Shown here: positions 37,160-45,806 of the stretch, in pieces | How positions within the stretch are numbered: position 1 is the first letter of the stretch | Layout of the letters: the number at the start of each line of letters is the position of its first letter | Source of the DNA: a virus | Taxonomy: Duplodnaviria; Caudoviricetes | Length of the DNA stretch: 64,000 nucleotides | Strand: one strand, 5' to 3' | Virus record (IMG/VR): IMGVR_UViG_3300006092_000356 | Location: 10,513 to 74,512 of that record | Notes under the pieces: generated by a model | Databases searched by the model: none | Told to the model about the DNA's origin: nothing | Seen by the model: the letters and a program-made list of their open reading frames with translations, nothing else | Position numbers and translations under genes: made by a program

Positions 37160-37243
37160 GCCGACGTGGTGGAACGGTATACACACGAGACTTAAAATCT
37201 CGCGGGGCAACCCATACGGGTTCGAGTCCCGTCGTCGGCACCA
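37160..37243 (+). tRNA. trnL: tRNA-Leu(TAA)
   Basis: GCCGACG acceptor, CGAGA-CTTAAAA-TCTCG arm, long variable arm, GGTTCGAGTCC, CCA. Confidence 0.95.
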
Positions 37244-37261
37244 ATAGTTGCGGAGCTTAGT

Positions 37262-37465
37262 ATGACTGAAAACGTCGCAAAGATAGAGGAAAAAATAGTC
37301 AAGTTATTGGATGAAATTGATGAGGCTATTACTGACCTTGTTATTGAAGTCAACAGCCCGCCTACGCCCGACAGACGGGCTATGTCTCAGATGGTTAGAA
37401 ATACTGGGTATCTTCTACACGATAACATTCTTGATATCGTAGGAGCACTTAGTAAAACGGAGTAA
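37262..37465 (+). CDS. hypothetical protein
   Basis: GGAG RBS. Confidence 0.6.
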   Translation: MTENVAKIEEKIVKLLDEIDEAITDLVIEVNSPPTPDRRAMSQMVRNTGYLLHDNILDIVGALSKTE

Positions 37466-37468
37466 AAC

Positions 37469-37543
37469 GGCGAGTTGGTCTATATAGTATGACGCCGGCT
37501 TTGTATCCCGGTAGAGATGGTGCAAGTCCATCACTCGCCTCCA
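37469..37543 (+). tRNA. trnT: tRNA-Thr(TGT), atypical
   Basis: GGCGAGT/ACTCGCC acceptor plus CCA; CCGG stem with C-C at 31:39; T-loop TGCAAGT. Confidence 0.75.
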
Positions 37544-37565
37544 CTTTTAAAAACAGGAGATAACC

Positions 37566-37916
37566 ATGTATTTTGAATTTCATCAGAACAATAGTGGCGG
37601 TTCCTTTATCATAGACGATGAAAAAGGTCTTGGTCCGCGCGTATGGATTGAAGCCGAAAGTGCTTTGATCGCGAACGCCATTGCAGAGGATAAGGGTATC
37701 TACTTTGACGGCGTCGCTGAGGGTATAGATTGTGCTTGTTGCGGTGACCGCTGGCACAGGGAATGGGATGACGAAGGTAAGGCGTTGCCAGAGGTCAGCA
37801 GCTATAGCTATTCGTGGGACGATACCGTTTATATTCACAAGGCGGATGGTACGCTCGTCAAGGTTAAAGAAAACGAAGCGTCTAGCTCACCGCATGTCAT
37901 TAAACTGGATTATTAA
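37566..37916 (+). CDS. conserved phage hypothetical protein
   Basis: YFEF.QNNSGG.F, DG...G.DC.CCGDRW pattern. Confidence 0.7.
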   Translation: MYFEFHQNNSGGSFIIDDEKGLGPRVWIEAESALIANAIAEDKGIYFDGVAEGIDCACCGDRWHREWDDEGKALPEVSSYSYSWDDTVYIHKADGTLVKVKENEASSSPHVIKLDY

Positions 37917-37920
37917 TAAC

Positions 37921-37996
37921 GCCCCGTTCGTCTAACGGCAAGGACGCCAGATTTTCACTCTGGTAATCACGGGTTCGATTCCCTGACGGGGCGCCA
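37921..37996 (+). tRNA. trnE: tRNA-Glu(TTC)
   Basis: GCCCCGT/ACGGGGC acceptor, CCAGA-TTTTCAC-TCTGG, CCA; one-nt bulge in T stem. Confidence 0.9.
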
Positions 37997-38014
37997 TTAA
38001 CAAGAGAAGCTGAA

Positions 38015-38188
38015 ATGACAGAGTATCAATATTATATCCTCAAAAGCTGGATCGAACAAAAAATCACAGCAATGATAATGATGCACCAATATCCTAATGA
38101 TGCGCCACGTATCCGCACGCTATCAAAGGAAATTGAGCGTATGGACGATGAAGCGAAGGAAGCTTTGGTTACTGTCAAAGAGGGGTGA
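38015..38188 (+). CDS. hypothetical protein, 57 aa
   Basis: translated by hand (MTEYQYYILKSWIEQK...). Confidence 0.5.
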   Translation: MTEYQYYILKSWIEQKITAMIMMHQYPNDAPRIRTLSKEIERMDDEAKEALVTVKEG

Positions 38189-38191
38189 ACC

Positions 38192-38632
38192 ATGAACACG
38201 CAGTACAATAATGGACTAACCGCTAAGCAGGTTGTCAAAGGCACCGCTCTCGGGACGTTCTTTGCTTTATTTTTGGCACAAGTAATTTACTGGATATTCG
38301 TTGGGTCAGCATACTATTCCATCTGGTCTGCTGATATGAACGGGCGCGCACGTTTTGCGTTAGCCAATCAGGACCGCGAGATCATGGTTCGCGAAGCAAC
38401 AGCTAAGCGTGACGCTGCTAAGCTCCTGGCGGAAGTTGAAGTTGAGCGCGCCAAAGGCGTGGCGGCAGCTAACAAGATTGTGCAGGACGGCTTAGGAGGA
38501 GCCGAAGGTTATCTGCGCTATCTTTACATCCAACAGCTTGGTAACGCTGACAAAAATGAGCGTACTATCATCTACGTTCCAACAGAAGGCCTGCTGCCTA
38601 TCACTGAGGCTGGGCGTGGAACAAAGAAGTAA
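38192..38632 (+). CDS. membrane-anchored SPFH/band-7-like coiled-coil protein
   Basis: TM segment; E.E.AKGVA.AN.I...L...EGYLRYL.I; IIYVPTEG.LPITEAGR. Confidence 0.65.
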   Translation: MNTQYNNGLTAKQVVKGTALGTFFALFLAQVIYWIFVGSAYYSIWSADMNGRARFALANQDREIMVREATAKRDAAKLLAEVEVERAKGVAAANKIVQDGLGGAEGYLRYLYIQQLGNADKNERTIIYVPTEGLLPITEAGRGTKK

Positions 38633-38642
38633 GGAACACACT

Positions 38643-38957
38643 ATGAGCACAACAGAGTCCGACAGTAATGTCGATATTAGAAAAGTCCCACCAACAGGTG
38701 AGATTTTTAACAGATGCGCAATGATGGTACAAATAATGCTTGCTTGTTATGTATACGAAAGACCGTGGGAGAAAATATCAAGCAGGGGATGGAACTCTAG
38801 CGCAGTAAAGGACATCAGGTACACCCTTCACAAAAACGGATTGATCGACGCTGATCACAAAATTACTAAAAAAGGGATATGCTGGGTAAAAGCAATCTTT
38901 AATACCCCGTTCCCGACTGAGCAAACAGAGTACAAGGTAATCTACGCCAATGATTGA
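38643..38957 (+). CDS. hypothetical protein
   Basis: AAGGA RBS before ATG 38643. Confidence 0.55.
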   Translation: MSTTESDSNVDIRKVPPTGEIFNRCAMMVQIMLACYVYERPWEKISSRGWNSSAVKDIRYTLHKNGLIDADHKITKKGICWVKAIFNTPFPTEQTEYKVIYAND

Positions 38958-39135
38958 AGTAATGGCAACAATGTTACGTGGGCTGGGTTACTTTGCGTTG
39001 GGTTCTATCCCCGTGTCTATAGTATTTTTCCTAGCGTGGGTGCTTCCGCTACGCGAGTTCCTTTTAACAATGTTCTTTATTATTCTAAGTGATTTACTAG
39101 GTGTTATGTTTTGGGCGCTTAAGGGTAGTTCTTAA
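38950..39135 (+). CDS. small membrane protein
   Basis: two hydrophobic segments. Confidence 0.55.
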   Translation: MIEVMATMLRGLGYFALGSIPVSIVFFLAWVLPLREFLLTMFFIILSDLLGVMFWALKGSS

Positions 39136-41357
39136 GCGGTGTTTTCCGATGCTGTAGCCAGTCTCAGCTTCCCAGGCAAGTGCGGAAAGCCTCGGAAGTT
39201 GATGCTGTTCTGAAACACACCAAGACAGTCCTCAGTAAACCGGCGCTGACACGAGCGAATGTAAATGAAACGATCACCAACCGCAATGTCGTTAGGCATA
39301 CGGAAGTACAGGGTGACCGCTTGAGTGCCGCTGTTCCACGTGCGGATGACGCTCTTAAGCCCGGCATTGGCGCCGCTGATCCACCAAATGACACCTGTCT
39401 CGTAAGTACCGCTAGCTCCTGTGATAGCTGTGCCTGTGAACGTCTTACGGTCTGTCACAGACGCTACAACGTCATACTTACCGTAGACCGGCATACCCTT
39501 CCACACAAGGCCGCCGTCGAACGTATAGCCACCTGCCGACGTGTCAAACACAGTCGAGACGTTTCCTTGCCCGCTTACCGGGTCAGTCTTGATGGGTCTT
39601 TCTACATCATAGAAGTAGAATAAGACATCATCGAACGCGACCTGGGCATTGCCGGAGCCTGTCGGAGACGTGGCTTGGAGCGTGATCTTGGCTTGTGTAG
39701 CCGTAACCGGGATTACGAACTCTTCCTTAAGCGTATCCCAGTCCGTAGTTGCGCCGTAGTTCGTGTTGTTAATCAGGTAAATAGTTGACTGCACAACGTT
39801 AAGAGAGTTTAAGAACTCAAGCTTGACAGTCGCGGCGTTATTGATCGCGGCAAAGCCCACGCGGGCAGAGAAACGACCGCCGATCTTTCCTAGAAGAATA
39901 CGCGACGCATCAATACCAGCGCTTGCCAACGTGAACGTCTGTGTAATGGTGTAGGTCTGCTGGGAAGCGCCGCCGTCGTTACCGCCTGCCAGGAAGTAGT
40001 CCCCATCCTGCGGAAGGAGAGAGCCTAGCGAGGTAACCACGCGCCACCAGGAGCCTGTTGTAGTCCAGCTACCGATTGTCGGGGACAGAGCATTCGAGAC
40101 GGTGTTGTTTTGCTCGAAGCTAGGGTTCTTGGGACGGAAAATATCGCGGTCATCGTACGCGACGATGCGTGTCAGACGATGCACAACGTCGTCATATGGC
40201 GTGCCTGCTGTGTGGTCCCACCAGTACAGGCGAATGTTGTCGAAAGCCGCGTTGTATACGATACCGTCTTCTTTCTTCATGTAAAGATAGATGCGGGCGA
40301 AGCGAGCATTCGGGTAAACCGGGAACACAAGTGCCTTTTCGCGCCATTCCCCGAAAGAGTCCAACTTCATGAAGTTTGTATCGAACGCGCTGACAAACTC
40401 TCCATTGGTGTCAGTAAGTTCTACACGCAACCTAACAGGGTCCAGAAGATAAACAGACTGAGACACCAGGGCGAACAAACCTAAACTGATCTTTCCTGCG
40501 TCAATGTCAGCAGCGGACACGCCGGCAGCTACGAGCCCTACATCCTGGTACACGTACTGCTCGGCGCCAGATGAGCCCGCTGTGGCGTCCTGGGAGCCCC
40601 ACAGAGCGTACGAACCATGCGCAGGCACATTCGTGTCCACGACGCCATACGTCGGGCTGGTGTTGACTGTTGCAAGGAAGAAAGAGGCACCAGCGCTTTT
40701 TGTCCACCCGGTAATAGACTGTACTTCGCTTCGGGCGCCGTCAACGTCGAACGACGGATTGGTTAGCGTAATAGCGTTCATTAAGGCGGGGTCATAGTAG
40801 TAGACCCAATCGCCCATTGTGTATGAGTTGTAGTTGCTATAAATTTGTTCCTGGCGAATAGCCACCTTACAACGCGTGTCACCGAGGTCGGCATCACAGG
40901 AAGGCTGGTATTCACGCCCAACTTCAAAATCAAGGACTTTGAGAAGACCAGTTACCGTGACACGGACAACGTTGTTAGGGCCGTTCTCAATACGCCCAAA
41001 CCACCCTTTGATCATTGTCATTTTGCCGTCGCTGGGTGTTTCGTAATCAACGAAAAACATCGTGCACTCAGCGTGGTCATAAAGACCGTTCTCAAAATGA
41101 GAACGAACAAAAACAGTACCGTCAAGTTTAAAGGAAATGTCGATATTATTGATAGCTAATTGCGAACCGCTTTCAACCGCAGATACCACGAAGGGGATAT
41201 CATGACGATAAACGTTCGATTCAAACGTAATGTCAGTATCATGATTGGTCATACGGACGGTCTTGCCGTCTTTGCGCGTGATTACGACGCATTTGGCAAG
41301 CGTAGTGACGTTCTTCTGAATGTCGGTCATAAGTGCGGATGCGATTGTTTTAGACAT
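39132..41357 (-). CDS. tail hub protein (DUF2163/BR0599 family) with two inserted carbohydrate-binding-like repeats
   Basis: ITRKDG....T.HD.DI, CDADLGD.RC, GD.F....C.R....C...F.N.INFRGFPHLPG; inserts start NPSF. Confidence 0.85.
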   Translation of the reverse strand: MSKTIASALMTDIQKNVTTLAKCVVITRKDGKTVRMTNHDTDITFESNVYRHDIPFVVSAVESGSQLAINNIDISFKLDGTVFVRSHFENGLYDHAECTMFFVDYETPSDGKMTMIKGWFGRIENGPNNVVRVTVTGLLKVLDFEVGREYQPSCDADLGDTRCKVAIRQEQIYSNYNSYTMGDWVYYYDPALMNAITLTNPSFDVDGARSEVQSITGWTKSAGASFFLATVNTSPTYGVVDTNVPAHGSYALWGSQDATAGSSGAEQYVYQDVGLVAAGVSAADIDAGKISLGLFALVSQSVYLLDPVRLRVELTDTNGEFVSAFDTNFMKLDSFGEWREKALVFPVYPNARFARIYLYMKKEDGIVYNAAFDNIRLYWWDHTAGTPYDDVVHRLTRIVAYDDRDIFRPKNPSFEQNNTVSNALSPTIGSWTTTGSWWRVVTSLGSLLPQDGDYFLAGGNDGGASQQTYTITQTFTLASAGIDASRILLGKIGGRFSARVGFAAINNAATVKLEFLNSLNVVQSTIYLINNTNYGATTDWDTLKEEFVIPVTATQAKITLQATSPTGSGNAQVAFDDVLFYFYDVERPIKTDPVSGQGNVSTVFDTSAGGYTFDGGLVWKGMPVYGKYDVVASVTDRKTFTGTAITGASGTYETGVIWWISGANAGLKSVIRTWNSGTQAVTLYFRMPNDIAVGDRFIYIRSCQRRFTEDCLGVFQNSINFRGFPHLPGKLRLATASENTA

Positions 41358-41659
41358 TAGCCGCCACCACCGGGAACGAACGGGTCTTGCTTACGAGGAA
41401 TGGTGTCTGGGTTCTTGATCATGTTTTGAATACTTGCGGCACATTTAGAAGCCGCAATGGCTGCATCGCGGCGCTCAAGAAGTATTTTGTACGAATCAAT
41501 ACGTGATGTGATCAATGCTTTGTCACGCTTTAACGTGGTAATTTCTGCCGCCATTGCTGAATAATTACTAATGACTTCGTGTCCCCAACTGTAGACAAGA
41601 TAGCCACCAAACAAAGCAGCAACCAGAAGACCAGAGCGAATGTAGCTAAGACCAAACAT
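41357..41659 (-). CDS. putative inner-membrane spanin (Rz-like)
   Basis: N-terminal TM then coiled coil, directly downstream of endolysin. Confidence 0.5.
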   Translation of the reverse strand: MFGLSYIRSGLLVAALFGGYLVYSWGHEVISNYSAMAAEITTLKRDKALITSRIDSYKILLERRDAAIAASKCAASIQNMIKNPDTIPRKQDPFVPGGGG

Positions 41660-42306
41660 TAGTTCTTATCCTTATCCCAGCCGCCCCACGGCGGTAGATC
41701 GTTAGGCGGGACGTGTAAATCGGTGAACGGCATAGAGTCCGTTTTAGTGACCGGCGGCGCATCTAACAACGCCACCGCGTTATGTATGTCATTGACAAAA
41801 TCAAGGCGATCACGGCGTGCTTTAATTCCAGGGCAGTCGTGGGAAGTCTTAGGGTCAGAAACGTGGTATCTAAAGGTGCTTGGAATGAGGTTAAGTTTTT
41901 TCCCTAGCGCAGCCATGAGTTTAATCGTGTTAGCACGAACCAGCGCACCACGACCAGAAGTAAATTCTTCTTTAGCGTAGTCACCGAGCATTTCAATACC
42001 AATTGAAACCCTATTCCACGATGGAGAATGGGTGCCGGGCTTAGTCATAGGAGAGAAAAGCCAGATATTCTTGTCGTCAACAAAAAAGTGCGGTCCGGAA
42101 CTCCAACCCTGTACGTCACGATAAAAGCCTTCAAGGGCATCAATGTGTGCCTTAGTAAACCCTTGAGGGCGTTGAGCAAGGGAAGGGACGGCAGTGTTGT
42201 GCAGTACGATAAAGTCAGGCTTCCAGGTTACCCATTTCTCTTTTTTCACCACTTCATAAATGGTTGATGGATTTACCTGCTGACCAACAATGCCGCCCCA
42301 AACCAT
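41659..42306 (-). CDS. endolysin, N-acetylmuramoyl-L-alanine amidase
   Basis: IVLHNTA, GPHFFVD, H....N..SIGIEM.G, HV..P...HDCPG. Confidence 0.88.
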   Translation of the reverse strand: MVWGGIVGQQVNPSTIYEVVKKEKWVTWKPDFIVLHNTAVPSLAQRPQGFTKAHIDALEGFYRDVQGWSSGPHFFVDDKNIWLFSPMTKPGTHSPSWNRVSIGIEMLGDYAKEEFTSGRGALVRANTIKLMAALGKKLNLIPSTFRYHVSDPKTSHDCPGIKARRDRLDFVNDIHNAVALLDAPPVTKTDSMPFTDLHVPPNDLPPWGGWDKDKN

Positions 42307-42316
42307 AGTGTACCTC

Positions 42317-42442
42317 TTACTTCTTGATTTCAGTCTTTACCGCGTCTTTAACAGCGTCGGCCTTGGTACGAAAAGCAGGGATATGCTTATACGCAAGGTA
42401 GGCCGCAACGGCAGCGACAACAAGCCAAACGACGTATTCCAT
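42317..42442 (-). CDS. 41-aa single-TM protein upstream of endolysin (MEYVVWLVVAAVAAYLAYKHIPAFRTKADAVKDAVKTEIKK)
   Basis: translated by hand; AAGGA RBS. Confidence 0.6.
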   Translation of the reverse strand: MEYVVWLVVAAVAAYLAYKHIPAFRTKADAVKDAVKTEIKK

Positions 42443-42474
42443 GTTGTGTTCCTTTTTCCAGTTTCAGTGATGTG

Positions 42475-42503
42475 AAGATACGAGTTTGTGTTAACTAAGT
42501 CAA
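42475..42503 (-). promoter_or_regulatory. putative sigma70-type promoter of the lysis/hub operon
   Basis: minus strand TTGACT-17nt-TATCTT. Confidence 0.55.
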
Positions 42504-42509
42504 CAATAA

Positions 42510-42585
42510 TGGTGACAGAAGGGAGGATTTGAACCTCCGACCCTCGGGTTATGAGCCCGATGCTCTACCGCTGAGCTACCCTGTC
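42510..42585 (-). tRNA. trnM: tRNA-Met/Ile2(CAT)
   Basis: GACAGGG acceptor, TCGGG-CTCATAA-CCCGA, GGAGG-TTCAAAT-CCTCC, CCA; one extra nt in 3' acceptor strand. Confidence 0.88.
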
Positions 42586-42629
42586 GCAGCCCCGGCAGCG
42601 ATTACTTTAGGGAGCGATTAGCTACTCAC

Positions 42630-43523
42630 CTACGCTGCCGGGGCACAGACTTCACGTTTACGCCATGCATCCCAGGAGTGAATACACGAATACTGGATCA
42701 TTCCAGGGGTATTACCATGCATGTGGCCATTATTCCAGGTATCTTCTGAAATAGTGTCCGGCAACAACTGATGTCGCATGGCATCGATATTAAACACGGC
42801 GTCTCCATCTTCTAGCTTACCGTAGGCCTCGATGTCAAGCTCAATCGACTTAACACTGTGTTCAAAGTGCGGTCTGAACAACATAGGGTTAAGAACGCGT
42901 ACCACCGAAACTTTGGCCATAGTGTCGAAGCAACGTTCAGTCATCTGCTCAGTAGTTATTTCCTTGATGTCAAGACGCATAATGGCCTTTTTTGTGACAT
43001 CAAAAATAGGGTCTAAGTCCTCTTCATAAATATATGGACAGTGCCAAACATCATTGTCAATCTTATTCGGCTGCTTTTTACCGATTGTCTCTTTAATTGC
43101 AGCCGCAACCCAGCACATTTCGTCCCAATTATGCTTCTCAAGGCGCGAAACAATAGTATCCCACTGCGTCGAGGTCGCGGTGAAAAACACCAAAGATGCT
43201 GGACCGCCTACGTGTGTAATAAAAGCCGGATGCGGCTTATCCGTCAAAGAACATAGTTTTGCGATACGGCTTTCACCGTCCTTGACGGCTGCGTCCTCAA
43301 TTTCACGACAATGTCTCTCCGTAAACGTTGTCTTACACCCAGCGGTAACAAACATGTTTGTATTAGGCAACTGACCACCATAAGTAGGAGTTACAGTAAC
43401 TTCCTCGTTGCGCATAAGCTCCATTAAATGCGTCATAGGAAGTCGACCGTTAATTGTAGTTGCTCTGATCCCTGTAGAAGTCAAAGAACTACAAACGTGA
43501 GAAATAATGTTGTTCGTTTTCAT
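42630..43523 (-). CDS. degenerate ThyX-like protein (signature motif lost)
   Basis: hand alignment to 35543..36433: TT...R.P..L.E, T.T.WD, WH.PY, VS..R, H....D, GN..G..QY; signature THR..S..SSR replaced. Confidence 0.55.
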   Translation of the reverse strand: MKTNNIISHVCSSLTSTGIRATTINGRLPMTHLMELMRNEEVTVTPTYGGQLPNTNMFVTAGCKTTFTERHCREIEDAAVKDGESRIAKLCSLTDKPHPAFITHVGGPASLVFFTATSTQWDTIVSRLEKHNWDEMCWVAAAIKETIGKKQPNKIDNDVWHCPYIYEEDLDPIFDVTKKAIMRLDIKEITTEQMTERCFDTMAKVSVVRVLNPMLFRPHFEHSVKSIELDIEAYGKLEDGDAVFNIDAMRHQLLPDTISEDTWNNGHMHGNTPGMIQYSCIHSWDAWRKREVCAPAA

Positions 43524-43915
43524 TTCTTGTTACCTTTGTTATTGACGGTGGCCATTAGACGAGGACCCGGACCCTTAGGAGGACGGTCATCAATCAATTG
43601 TCCGCCTTCATACGCGTCTGTGACGATTGCCGCGCTCGCCATGATATGGCCCATGTGGTGCACAAGCGCGTCTGGTGAAAAATCCTCACCATCGGTAAAC
43701 GCATCAAGGTGACGCTTAATAGCCGCGACGTATGTCATAACCGGAACATCGTTAAATCTCCAGTTATAAGGACCATACTTGTCCCGCCCATTTTCAAGTG
43801 CGCGCGCCATATGGTAGGACGCGGCGGGTGGAATTAGGCTCAGGTCGACCTTTTGAGCCCCAAAGGCCGTCTTGGGGTTTGCATCCTTGACGGCCTTGGT
43901 CTTTTTCTTTGCCAT
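43520..43915 (-). CDS. dATP/dGTP diphosphohydrolase (DUF5664)
   Basis: K.D..LIPP, AL..G..KYG.YNWR, Y.AA..RHL.A..DGED...D..V.H.GH..A. Confidence 0.85.
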   Translation of the reverse strand: MAKKKTKAVKDANPKTAFGAQKVDLSLIPPAASYHMARALENGRDKYGPYNWRFNDVPVMTYVAAIKRHLDAFTDGEDFSPDALVHHMGHIMASAAIVTDAYEGGQLIDDRPPKGPGPRLMATVNNKGNKK

Positions 43916-44670
43916 TAGGCAGGCTTCCTGCGAGAGAAACCAGACACAACAGGCTTTTGCTTAGGCTCCGGGGGGATGATTTCAGGCTCAACAGGCGCAC
44001 TATCTGCTGCCTGCGTCGCGCTTCCATCTTCGCTAGGTTCATCACCTGCAACAAGCGCAGAGAACTCATCCATCGGCATCCAGCCTGAGATATTGAACTC
44101 TTCGCTGTACTTAGTGGTCTTGATCTTGCGCTTCTCGTTCTGCGGATCAGGAACCTCGATCTGGAAAGAGCGCGCACCCATACGAATGATAGGCATCATC
44201 GGGTTGCCGGCCTCGTCACGGTTTTTCATCATTTCGGCCCCGTACCGCTTGATAAGGCGCCAGATTTCCCGCGTCGGCTTATCGGCCTTCGAAGTATACA
44301 TCATCTGCGTACCATCAAGCGTCATCAGCGCGACCTTGATCACCTTACCCCAACGAACGTCCGGGTTATCGGACGGGGGGTCAGCGAGAACTTCCCCGGA
44401 AACAACCGACACCTCAGGACCACGGTGCGGACGGTTATCATTGTCGAACCCCTGCCAAGCAAGCTTGCAGTTGAACAGGTCGAACACAACCTCTGAACCG
44501 GGCTCGATCTCAGGACCATTCGTGATGAACTGCCCCGAGTTTCCGTTGAAACGCGCATACGTTCCGTCAGTAACTCCTTCCTCGGCAGCACGTCGAAGGA
44601 ACGGGTTGTTATGGGGATCAATTTTTACCATTGCGCCGCCAACAGCGGGCTTCATAAGAGCATTAGTCAT
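43915..44670 (-). CDS. putative ssDNA-binding/annealing protein
   Basis: position between exonuclease and diphosphohydrolase; YARFNG..G.F; acidic tail. Confidence 0.5.
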   Translation of the reverse strand: MTNALMKPAVGGAMVKIDPHNNPFLRRAAEEGVTDGTYARFNGNSGQFITNGPEIEPGSEVVFDLFNCKLAWQGFDNDNRPHRGPEVSVVSGEVLADPPSDNPDVRWGKVIKVALMTLDGTQMMYTSKADKPTREIWRLIKRYGAEMMKNRDEAGNPMMPIIRMGARSFQIEVPDPQNEKRKIKTTKYSEEFNISGWMPMDEFSALVAGDEPSEDGSATQAADSAPVEPEIIPPEPKQKPVVSGFSRRKPA

Positions 44671-45799
44671 TGTTTTTCTTACCTTTGTTTTTCTTTGGTT
44701 TGTCTGTTTTTTCTAGGCGCGGAGTTACCCGCAACACGTCATACTCAGCACCTTCTTTTTCATAAGGAGAAAGGTCGATGCCGTCCTCTACCATTGCCTT
44801 CTTGTCCAGTGCTTTTTTCCCAGGCATAGGGTACCAAGTCACTGACCAAGTAGGACCAACGGCTTTCCTGCGATTCTTACTCATCAGGAAACTTTTCAAA
44901 GCTTCATCAGCAATTGTTTTATTCTTTGCAGCTATTTCTAGATTAGCCTTAGCCTCTAAGGCATCTTTTACTAAAGGCTCGATAGCTTCAATTGTTTCTG
45001 GTGTAAGTGTTTCATCTGTATCGTAATCGGGAATGGAATCGACTGTGGCCTGCCCGCACGCCTTGCGCCAAGGACAGTGGATACAGTCACCAGAAAAAAC
45101 ACCTTCGGGAACAAGTTCTTTTGGATTAGAGACTTCCCAAATCTCGGCAGCACGTGCCTTGCCTAAGGCATAAGTCTCTGGTTCGTACTTTACCACGAAA
45201 GGCGTCATCTTGGAAACAAAAGACGCATCAAAGTAAAGAATGATTGAATAAATAGGGCGGTATGCGGTTTTCTCGTGGAAAAGCCCTAACTGCATTTGTG
45301 TTTGTCCGTTGTGCTTTGCGCGCTCTTCAATCAGCGTAGCACGTGGATCAATAGACTTGATTTCAAAAACAACACAGTCAGACTCGATATTGTCAATAAC
45401 TACGATATGTCCACCGGCAACAATAGTCAGTTCACAATTTTTTGGTAACCCTGTAATCAGTCCGTCAGGGGTAGCGCTACTTTTGTCTAGAACAAGTGTT
45501 ACCTGTTTTTCTCCAGCAAACTCTACCTTGATACCGGCAGGCATATGAGCACTAATAGCTGGAACGACGTGATGGTTTTCAATTAGATCACCGCGACGCG
45601 TGGCTCCCCAATCATCCTCATGATCGGCATCTTTCTCATAACCAAACTCGGCACCACGTTTGTCAAACCATCCTTTTCTAATACATACGAAAGTTTCAGA
45701 CGCACCAAGTGTCTTAGACCTGTCGTGTCCCCATTTTTTCTCGTTTGCGGCAATAAACGCGGCAAACACTTTATCAAAGTCTAGCGTATATGTTGACAT
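44663..45799 (-). CDS. Cas4-like PD-(D/E)XK exonuclease
   Basis: LGAS...C.RK, ATPDG, FEIKS, Q.QMQL, C.HCPW..AC. Confidence 0.85.
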   Translation of the reverse strand: MSTYTLDFDKVFAAFIAANEKKWGHDRSKTLGASETFVCIRKGWFDKRGAEFGYEKDADHEDDWGATRRGDLIENHHVVPAISAHMPAGIKVEFAGEKQVTLVLDKSSATPDGLITGLPKNCELTIVAGGHIVVIDNIESDCVVFEIKSIDPRATLIEERAKHNGQTQMQLGLFHEKTAYRPIYSIILYFDASFVSKMTPFVVKYEPETYALGKARAAEIWEVSNPKELVPEGVFSGDCIHCPWRKACGQATVDSIPDYDTDETLTPETIEAIEPLVKDALEAKANLEIAAKNKTIADEALKSFLMSKNRRKAVGPTWSVTWYPMPGKKALDKKAMVEDGIDLSPYEKEGAEYDVLRVTPRLEKTDKPKKNKGKKNND

Positions 45800-45806
45800 A
45801 GTAACC

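Noticed and set aside
43976-44716. Long antisense ORFs (also 17710..18357 and similar)
   Set aside because: These are shadows of real genes on the opposite strand, with no recognisable motifs or RBS.
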